Source: Tubiluchus corallicola
Taxonomy: Eukaryota; Animalia; Priapulida
Direction: 5' to 3'
Assembly: GCA_030141605.1 (NCBI GenBank)
Contig: JAQGDQ010000713.1
Span: forward strand, 1-35,333
Length of the DNA stretch: 35,333 nucleotides
A program made the translations under genes and the position numbers. A model generated the notes under the pieces. It was given only the letters and a program-made list of their open reading frames with translations, was not told the DNA's origin and ran no database searches. Shown here one piece after another: positions 25,488-35,333 of this stretch (position 1 is its first letter; each line of letters opens with the position of its first letter).

Positions 25488-25915
25488 TCCGTCAATAAAT
25501 AAAAAAAAGTTTCTTGTTTTAGTTGAAGCAGCGCACGCTTACAGAAAGCCAAGATGTGCTTGCGAAAAGTCATTAGGCATTAGAATTACGTCATGATTTT
25601 CAGGTGAATGGCAGCTACCAGTGTGCATGAAAATTTCTATACAGTGACAATACAAATTGCCTTATGCTTTAAAAATGGTTTTACCAAATTTCTTTGTTAT
25701 ATTTTTCTAAGTTTAAATGACACCAGTAACGTAAAACCATGCATACTAAGTGACATGTACTTTGTTTTAACAATACAAATTGCCTTATGGTTTAAAAATA
25801 GTTTTACCAAATTTCTTTGTTATATTATTGTAAGTTTCAATGACACCAGTAACGTAAAACCATGCATACTAAGTGACATGTACTTTGTCTAAACTTCACT
25901 AAAGCCAAATTCCGT

Positions 25916-27465
25916 TCATATTATGCTGGTACAGATTGTCAAAAGTATTGTCAAGAATATGTTTGTCTGTGTTGTCGAAGTTCCTCCATCGATAAGAGCC
26001 CTGATGTTATTTAAGCTGCAGTTAAAGTCTGAAATGTTTGGATTTTCGCCGCCTTCTATTCGTGGCACCCAGCAGTCCAGCCGAAGTTTCTTCCATTTTA
26101 CTTGCATCATCCAGATGGCATCGCAGTCACAAACTAATCTGCTGCTTTTAAAATGGAATTTCACGTTAAAAAAGTTATTGTTTCTATGCAGGCGCAGTTT
26201 TGTCATGCGACTTATTTTCGTGAACGAGATTGCGATGTATCGAAATTTAGGATTGTTTGAAAGATCGAGGTTTGCAGTTGTGAGACTTTTGCAGAACTTC
26301 AATATAAGTGAGCGTAAGCGATACATATTGTAAAATGCTTTGGGGTGAATCACTTTCATTCCTTTAATGTAACTCAATTGGACATTTTCAGCCGAGCCGT
26401 GCGTAAAGTTTTCTCCGAGGTCATTCATGTTTCCGCCTTCGACTACCAGGGTTTTAACCTCCTTGCCTGCCAAAAAATTATTTGGCAAACTTTTCGCTTT
26501 AAGCCAGACGATTCTTAACCACAGGGTGAGACCAAAACCTGGATATGGCACCGAATTTGATATTTCCTCCAGTTTTGTGGAATCCAAGTCCATTTGCTTG
26601 CCATCGCAAACTATCGAGCATTGAAATTGCGTCACCGGAGTTATTTGACACGTGGATATAGTGATTGAATTGCAACCTTGATCTATTCTCGTACTGTTGT
26701 AACAAAATTGTTGAATGGTCAGTGAAGACAGCCAGCAATTTAACTTTCTCCCTGCTACATGCCAGCAGTATATCTTACTACTACGCCACTGGTTTTTTTC
26801 ACCCACACGATTCTACAATCACATGTGAAATTCTTATTTAGATTGAATGTAATCTTCACTTTCTCGGGCGTCACTCCTGCATGAAATTTTGGCATATCCA
26901 TTGTAGCGATCGCGATTCCTATTACACGAAGTTCTTCAAATTTTGGAGAGTTTGACACGTCCAACAAGCGCCATTCTGTCAGACTTTGACAATGGTCAAC
27001 AAACAGACGTTTTAGTGAAATTAAATTTTTGAATGCCTTTGGATGTATTTTTACTAGTTGTTTGTTTTCCTTTATTTTAACAAATTCAACACCGTGCGCG
27101 AGTAGAAAGTTCTCCCGGAGTTCTGTTATCCCATCACTTTCTTCTATTTGGAATTCCTCAACTTCAATGTCTTGCAAAAGATTTGATGGGAGTGCGTTGC
27201 TTTCGTAACGCCTCACTGTAATGTGGAATGCCTTTCCACCAAGGCAAAATTTTATTGCTGTTCGTAATTTTTCGACAATACCTGCATTGCTTGTGCCATC
27301 AATGCCACAAATGAATTCACTGTCGCCGAGAGCATTTTCAGACCTCCGGCAGTTTTCACTAAAAATTTCGCTTGATGTGCTGGCAAATATATCCAGTGCA
27401 ATAAAAATGAGGCAGAAAACTTTCACAGAACTGCTGTTTGGGGGTATTAGTGCCATCACCTGCAT
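25916..27465 (-). pseudogene. LRR array copy C (most divergent; full length but with a 1-bp frameshift in a homopolymer, so possibly an intact gene)
   Basis: ORFs 26755-27465 and 25916-26806 join if the T7 run at 26793-26799 is T8, as in copies B and E. Confidence 0.7.
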
Positions 27466-27830
27466 TGCTGGAAGTTTCTTGTTCCCCTAAAGCAGGATGA
27501 CAGCATGTTGTAACATGTAGTCATGTCAATAATTACTAGGGAATACAAGCTGTTTCACAGTTGTTACTAATGACAACAATTGTTTAGTTATGTCGTCGTA
27601 TATATATGTAAGAGTCAAGGCTACAGCTCTGACGGCGGCACTATTTGCGGTGAACTATATTTCAAAAGAAATGTCTCGATCTAGTGTCGTGCCATTGGGG
27701 GTTTATTTTTCGAATCGGGTTCACCGGGACGAAAATTGGGGGGTAAAGAAACCTCGAAAAATGGCCATTTTTTGGCCATTTTTTGCAAAACTTATACTTC
27801 TTATTTTTGGACAGCGGGAATGGGCCATAG

Positions 27831-29170
27831 GTCACAAACTAATCTGCTGCTTTTAAAATGGAATTTCACGTTAAAAAAGTTATTGTTTCTATGCAGGCGC
27901 AGTTTTGTCATGCGACTTATTTTCGTGAACGAGATTGCGATGTATCGAAATTTAGGATTGTTTGAAAGATCGAGGTTTGCAGTTGTGAGACTTTTGCAGA
28001 ACTTCAATATAAGTGAGCGTAAGCGATACATATTGTAAAATGCTTTGGGGTGAATCACTTTCATTCCTTTAATGTAACTCAATTGGACATTTTCAGCCGA
28101 GCCGTGCGTAAAGTTTTCTCCGAGGTCATTCATGTTTCCGCCTTCGACTACCAGGGTTTTAACCTCCTTGCCTGCCAAAAAATTATTTGGCAAACTTTTC
28201 GCTTTAAGCCAGACGATTCTTAACCACAGGGTGAGACCAAAACCTGGATATGGCACCGAATTTGATATTTCCTCCAGTTTTGTGGAATCCAAGTCCATTT
28301 GCTTGCCATCGCAAACTATCGAGCATTGAAATTGCGTCACCGGAGTTATTTGACACGTGGATATAGTGATTGAATTGCAACCTTGATCTATTCTCGTACT
28401 GTTGTAACAAAATTGTTGAATGGTCAGTGAAGACAGCCAGCAATTTAACTTTCTCCCTGCTACATGCCAGCAGTATATCTTACTACTACGCCACTGGTTT
28501 TTTTCACCCACACGATTCTACAATCACATGTGAAATTCTTATTTAGATTGAATGTAATCTTCACTTTCTCGGGCGTCACTCCTGCATGAAATTTTGGCAT
28601 ATCCATTGTAGCGATCGCGATTCCTATTACACGAAGTTCTTCAAATTTTGGAGAGTTTGACACGTCCAACAAGCGCCATTCTGTCAGACTTTGACAATGG
28701 TCAACAAACAGACGTTTTAGTGAAATTAAATTTTTGAATGCCTTTGGATGTATTTTTACTAGTTGTTTGTTTTCCTTTATTTTAACAAATTCAACACCGT
28801 GCGCGAGTAGAAAGTTCTCCCGGAGTTCTGTTATCCCATCACTTTCTTCTATTTGGAATTCCTCAACTTCAATGTCTTGCAAAAGATTTGATGGGAGTGC
28901 GTTGCTTTCGTAACGCCTCACTGTAATGTGGAATGCCTTTCCACCAAGGCAAAATTTTATTGCTGTTCGTAATTTTTCGACAATACCTGCATTGCTTGTG
29001 CCATCAATGCCACAAATGAATTCACTGTCGCCGAGAGCATTTTCAGACCTCCGGCAGTTTTCACTAAAAATTTCGCTTGATGTGCTGGCAAATATATCCA
29101 GTGCAATAAAAATGAGGCAGAAAACTTTCACAGAACTGCTGTTTGGGGGTATTAGTGCCATCACCTGCAT
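27831..29170 (-). pseudogene. LRR array copy D (duplicate of C lacking the C-terminus)
   Basis: 26126-27830 is repeated at 27831-29535 (period 1705 bp); same T7 frameshift; reading frame broken at LVCD. Confidence 0.8.
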
Positions 29171-30451
29171 TGCTGGAAGTTTCTTGTTCCCCTAAAGCAG
29201 GATGACAGCATGTTGTAACATGTAGTCATGTCAATAATTACTAGGGAATACAAGCTGTTTCACAGTTGTTACTAATGACAACAATTGTTTAGTTATGTCG
29301 TCGTATATATATGTAAGAGTCAAGGCTACAGCTCTGACGGCGGCACTATTTGCGGTGAACTATATTTCAAAAGAAATGTCTCGATCTAGTGTCGTGCCAT
29401 TGGGGGTTTATTTTTCGAATCGGGTTCACCGGGACGAAAATTGGGGGGTAAAGAAACCTCGAAAAATGGCCATTTTTTGGCCATTTTTTGCAAAACTTAT
29501 ACTTCTTATTTTTGGACAGCGGGAATGGGCCATAGGTTGTGCTGGCTATGGATAGATAGCGTGTTCAGCAGTGGGTGTAGTAGGCATATTTAGAATTCGC
29601 GAGAGGGCCATGGTGTCCCGCAACGGGCATTTTCCCGCATCAAACTCGCGATTTTTTCGAAATTTTTGTCAAACAGCCTGCAGAAAAAACGTTCTAGTGG
29701 CGCCTGGTGTGACTCTCGGAAGGAGATATATGGCTCTATAGAAAGACGAAGAACAGGGCTACACAATGATGTGGGCTATATTTTAGGGCACGTCTACTAA
29801 GAGGAGTACCGACGAGTTAATTAGATGCTCTATTTTTGGCAATTTTCCCTTTGTTCTGACGTCATCCCTTATACTCTGCCTATAACTTTAATTCAGTAAA
29901 AGCTGCTGCTGGTTTTGCGTTATAAGTGAGGACTATGTAGGATGATTACATATTATTGATTATAAGTGTATTTATACGCAAAATTTTTGACAGGGGCTTT
30001 GCTAGTCTAGTATGAAAGTTAGAACAAGTTCGCTCTATGCACGAATTTTATGCATGCTGTACTTTGTAATAACCCCTTAACATGAATTTCTTAATTTGGT
30101 TCTTGACTTGACTATGGGTACACGGGGGCAGTGGGGACAATATGTGAGATGGTTTGCATGCACAAGTTTCTTAAACAGAAATAACGAACTTGCCTGGGTG
30201 TAACACTGTTGAAAGTTTGCAGAGGTGTGCTGATGATGCTGTCCTTTCAAATTGGCCTGTTTATTTTCCAGTTCAAGTTTATGTTAAAGTTACACCATTT
30301 TAAGCTGAAAAGTGCAAAGCAAAAAACATTGTTTCCTACAAAAAATCAAAAGCAACATGAACTTCTTATCATCATACCCGCATGTATGATTCATCAGTAT
30401 TAATGCCAAGCTGTTCTCTTATAAGAATTAACGTTCTTTCTATGTTTTAAT

Positions 30452-30852
30452 ATGTTGTTTATTGCTGCAGACGATAGTTTCGACACCAACTGTCATTTTC
30501 AATGCTATAAATCAAGCCAAAACAAATAATTAGCACAATTATGACACTACCTACCAAGGCATAAAATAAATTATATCATTAAACATGTTGTTTTATTGCT
30601 GCAGACGATTGTTTCGACATCAACTGTCATTTTCAATGCTCTAAATCAAGCCAAAACAAATAATTAGCAGAATTATGACACTACCTACCAAGGCATAAAA
30701 TAAATTATATCATTAAACATGTTGTTTTATTGCTGCAGACGATTGTTTCGACAGCAACTGTCATTTTCAATGCTATAAATCAAGCCAAAACAAATAATTA
30801 GCAGAATTATGACAGTACTAATCAAGGCATAAAATAAATTATATCATCAAAC
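30452..30852 (-). repeat. 134-bp hammerhead-like tandem repeat x3
   Basis: Same unit as 20587-21122. Confidence 0.9.
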
Positions 30853-31206
30853 AATCAGAGAATGAAATTCAAAGTGTCAGATGGAACTACAACTTAGAAA
30901 GAGGTTCTCATGTAAAGAAAACAAAAATTGTATCTTCTGTATCAGATTCAGGCAAAGATCACAACAACCAGCAAACAATTGGTTTAGCACTAAGCAAAGT
31001 CTGCATTCTGTTGGGTGGGAAAACAAACCACTGTAACCAGAGTTAGAAGAATAATGCACATTTTACACAATTTTGCGTTTTCCAATCCCACAAGAGGGAG
31101 CATAATATGCGCTAATAAACAACGTGAATTCCTAGAGCTTTTTCTTCTGTGTACTTCTATGTTTTGTTTTACCTGGTTTCCTATAATTACATCAGTTTAG
31201 GAACCC

Positions 31207-31737
31207 CTCAGTTCCCAACCTGTCGTAATAGTACCTCTTGGGGGTACCAGTGAACACTACAAGATGTACCTGAGGAGCCTCTTAGACAATTTTAAAAAAA
31301 GTGTTATATAATAATCAGCAGGTAGTTCACACATCTCTGTTGACAGTGCCAACAATTCATTGTTATTGGTCGAGGTCATGACCCCTGTCTACTGTAAAGC
31401 TTTCAGTGAATTTCGACCCTGTGTGAAGAAAGCTTTTCAACAATGGTGACAGTCAGGACAAAAGCCCGAAACCGCCTTGACGTTTGCGGAGGCACGAGAG
31501 TCAGTCTGTCAAAAACTGAACTTCGATTCAAAAAGTTAGATTCTGCCATGCAACACCAGCCATCTCATTAAACTCTCATTTAGTCCACTTTATTGGAGCA
31601 ATATGAATAATAAAGATATTCATAATGTTACATCACTGTTGGTTCTTCATTTTGCTTATGGCAGGCGAAGCGGTACCATTAAAAAATGTAGGTACAGGGT
31701 GTCCAAAGGTATGGAACCGGGGTTTAGGCAGCCACTA
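31207..31737 (+). mobile_element. Duplicate of the decayed hAT remnant
   Basis: Near-identical to 21477-22006; copied with the array unit. Confidence 0.75.
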
Positions 31738-32226
31738 CACCCAGTTTTGCCCAGGAGCAATAGAGCTAAGCAAATGTTTACGCTGTGCAGCATATCCGGC
31801 GATTAATAAAAAAAGTTTCTTGTTTTAGTTGAAGCAGCGCACGCTTACAGAAAGCCAAGATGTGTTTGCGAAAAGTCATGAGGCCTGAGAATTACGTCAT
31901 GATTTTCAGGTGAATGGCAGCTACCAGTCCACTGTGCATGAAAATTTCTATACAGTGACAATACAAATTGCCTTATGCTTTAAAAATAGTTTTACCAAAT
32001 TTCTTTGTTATATTTTTCCAAGTTTAAATGACACTAGTAACGTAAAACCATGCATACTAAGTGACATGTACTTTGTTTTAACAATACAAATTGCCTTATG
32101 CTTTAAAAATAGTTTTACCAAATTTCTTTGTTATATTTTTCTAAGTTTAAATGACGCCAGTAACGTAAAACCATGCATGCTAAGTGACATGTACTTTGTT
32201 TAAACTTCACTAAAACCAAATTCCGT

Positions 32227-33797
32227 TCATATTATGCTGGTACAGATTGTCAGAAGTAATGTCAAGAATATGTTTGTCTGTGTTGTCGAAGTTCCTCCAT
32301 CGATAAGAGCCCTGATGTTATTTAAGCTGCAGTTAAAGTCTGAAATGTTTGGATTTTCGCCGCCTTCTATTCGTGGCACCCAGCAGTCCAGCCGAAGTTT
32401 CTTCCATTTTACTTGCATCATCCAGATGGCATCGCAGTCACAAACTAATCTGCTGCTTTTAAAATGGAATTTCACGTTAAAAAAGTTATTGTTTCTATGC
32501 AGGCGCAGTTTTGTCATGCGACTTATTTTCGTGAACGAGATTGCGATGTATCGAAATTTAGGATTGTTTGAAAGATCGAGGTTTGCAGTTGTGAGACTTT
32601 TGCAGAACTTCAATATAAGCAACTCTAAACGATGCATATTGTAAAATGCTTTGGGGTGAATCGCTGTCATTCCTTTAATGTACTTCACAGCGAGAGATAC
32701 AGGCGAACCTTGCGTAAAGTTTTCTCCGAGGTAGTTCATGTGGCCATAGTCGATTGCCAGGGTGTTAACATGCTTGCCTTCCAAAAAATTATTTGGCAAA
32801 CTTTTCGCTTTAAAAAAGGTGATTCTTAATTTCAGGGCAAGACCAAAACCTGGATATGGGACCGAATTTGATATTTCCTCCAGTTTTGTGGAATCCAAGT
32901 CCATTTGCTTGCCATCGCAATCTATCGTGCAATAAAATTTCCGTAATTTAGTTACATTACACGTGGATACAGTGAAGCTGCAATCTTCATATATACTCGT
33001 ATCGTTGGGACAAAAATCTAGAATGGTCAGTGAAGACGCCCAAGAATGGACTTCAGGCTTTTTGCCTGCTACATGCCAGCAGTGTATTTTACTACTACGC
33101 CACTGGTTTTTTTTCATCCATACGGTTCTACAATCACATCTAAAATTCTCATTTAGTTCGAATGTAATCTTCACTTTCTCGGGCGTCACGCCGCATGAAA
33201 TTTTGGCTTATCCATCGTAGCGATCGCGGTTTTTATTACATGAAGTTCTTCAAATTTTGGAGAGTTTGACACGTCCAAAAAATGCCACTCTGTCAGACTT
33301 TGACAATAGTCAACAAACAGATGTTTTAGTGAAATTAAATTTTTGAATGCCTTTGGATGTATTTTTACTAGTTGTTTGTTTTCCTTTATTTTAACAAATT
33401 CAACACCTTGCGCGAGTAGAAAGTTCTCCCGGAGTTCTGTTATCCCATCACTTTCTTTTATTTGGAATTCCTCAACTTCAATGTCTTGTAAAAAATTTGA
33501 TGGTAATGCATTGCTTTCGTAGCGCTTCACTGTAATGTCAAATGCCTTTCCACCAAGGTGAGTGTTTATTGCTGTTCGTAATTTTTCGACAATACCTGCG
33601 TTGGTTGTGCCATCAAAGCCACAAGTGATGCCAGTGTCACCCCGTGCATTTTCAGACCTCCAGCAGTTTTCACTAAGAATTCCGCTTGACGTACCGACAA
33701 ATATATCCGTATACGTGCTGACATCCAGTGTAATAAAAATGAGGCAGAAAACTTTCACAGAACTGCTGTTTGGGGGTATTAGTGCCATCACCTGCAT
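32227..33797 (-). pseudogene. LRR array copy E (full length, one 1-bp deletion, possibly an intact gene)
   Basis: ORFs 33186-33797 and 32227-33189 join by restoring one base at ~33191 (GTCACGCCGCATG vs GTCACACCTGCATG in B). Confidence 0.7.
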
Positions 33798-35076
33798 TGC
33801 TGGAAGTTTCTTGTTCCCCTAAAGCAGGATGACAGCATGTTGTGACATGTAGTCATGTCAATAATTACTAGGGAATACAAGCTGTTTCACAGTCGTTACT
33901 AATGACAACAATTGTTTAGTTATGTCGTCGTATATATATGTAAGAGTCAAGGCTACAGCTCTGACGGCGGCACTATTTGCGGTGATCTATATTTCAAAAG
34001 AAATGTCTCGATCTAGTGTCGTGCCATTGGGGGTTTATTTTTCGAATCGGGTTCACCGGGACGAAAATTGGGGGAGGGGTAAAGAAACCTCGAAAAATGG
34101 CCATTTTTGGCCGTTTTTTGCAAAACTTATACCTCTTATTTTTGGACAGCGGGAACGAGCCATGTGTGGTGCTGGCTATGGATAGATAGCCCCCGTTCAG
34201 CAGTGGGTGTAGTAGGCATATTTAAAATTCGTGAGAGGGCCATGGCGTTCTGCAACAGGCATTTTCCCGCACCCAACTTGCGATTTTTTCGAAATATTGG
34301 TCAAATTGCCTGTAGAAAAAAGGTTCTAGCGGCGCCTGGTGGGACTTTTGGAAGAAGAATTATAGTTCTTTAGAAAGTGGAAGAACAGTGCTACACGATG
34401 GTGTGGGCTATATTTTAGGACACGTCTGCCAAGAAGAGTACCGGCGAGTTAATTAGATGCTCTATTTTTGGCAATTTTCCCTTTGTTCTGACGTCATCCC
34501 TTATACTCTGCCTATAACTTTAATTCAGTAAAAGCTGCTACTGGTTTTGCGTTATAAGTGAGGACTATGTAGGATGATTACGTATTATTGATTATAAGTG
34601 TATTTATACGCAAAATTTTTCACAGGGGCTTTGCTAGTCTAGTATGAAAGTTAGAACAAGTTCGCTCTATGCATAAATTTTATGCATGCTGTACTTTGTA
34701 ATAACCCCTTAACATGACATTCTTAATTTGGTACTTGACTTGACTATGGGTAAATGGGGGCAGTGGGGACAACATGTGAGATGGTTTGCATGCAGAGGTT
34801 TCTTAAACAGAAGGACTGAGCCTGGGTGTAACACTGTTGAAAGTTTGCAGAGGTGTGCTGATGATGCTGTCCTTTCAAATTGACCTGTTTATTTTCCACT
34901 CATTTAGTTCAAGTTACACCATTTTAAGCTGAAAAGTGCAAAGCAAAAAACATTGTTTCCTACAAAAAATCAAAAGCAACATGAACTTCTTATCATCATA
35001 CCCGCATTTATGATTCATCATTATTAATGCCAAGCTGTTCTCTTATAAGAATTAACGTTCTTTCTATGTTTTAATA

Positions 35077-35333
35077 TGTTGTTTATTGCTGCTGACGATA
35101 GTTTCGACACCAACTGTCATTTTCAATGCTATAAATCATGCCAAAACAAACAATTAGCACAATTATGACACTACCTACCAAGGCATAAAATAAATTATAT
35201 CATTAAACATGTTGTTTTATTGCTGCAGACGATTGTTTCGACACCAACTGTCATTTTCAATGCTATAAATCAAGCCCAAAGAAATAATCAGCACAATTAT
35301 GACACTACCTACCAAGGCATAAAATAAATTATA
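35077..35333 (-). repeat. 134-bp hammerhead-like tandem repeat, at least 2 copies, runs off the window
   Basis: Same unit; suggests the array may continue to the right. Confidence 0.88.

Noticed and set aside
29624-29640. NF-kB-like site GGGCATTTTCCC upstream of copy D
   Set aside because: Not conserved in the other copies and lies inside a probable repeat insert.

Overview
AT-rich animal (probably invertebrate) genomic DNA. The left half (1-17.8 kb) holds the 5' part of a class I PI3-kinase p110alpha-like gene (+ strand, four coding exons at 9060-15469). Its introns and flanks are packed with MITEs and non-autonomous DNA transposons (Tc1/mariner-pogo-like, hAT, piggyBac-like, Kolobok-like, several nested), LINE remnants and tandem repeats. 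The right half (17.8-35.3 kb) is a tandem array of at least five - strand copies of a gene whose coding region has no introns. It encodes a ~520 aa protein: signal peptide, two homologous LRR modules, and a GPI-like tail. One copy is intact; the others carry 1-bp frameshifts and/or C-terminal truncation. The copies are near-identical except at the predicted exposed beta-strand (concave face) residues, which are hypervariable and shuffled in a mosaic, suggesting a diversifying recognition-receptor family. No further PI3K exon is visible, so the array may sit antisense inside a PI3K intron. The array spacers carry a 134-bp tandem repeat that folds as a minimal hammerhead ribozyme with a U3-A8 core variant. 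All calls are from reading the sequence; no searches were run.
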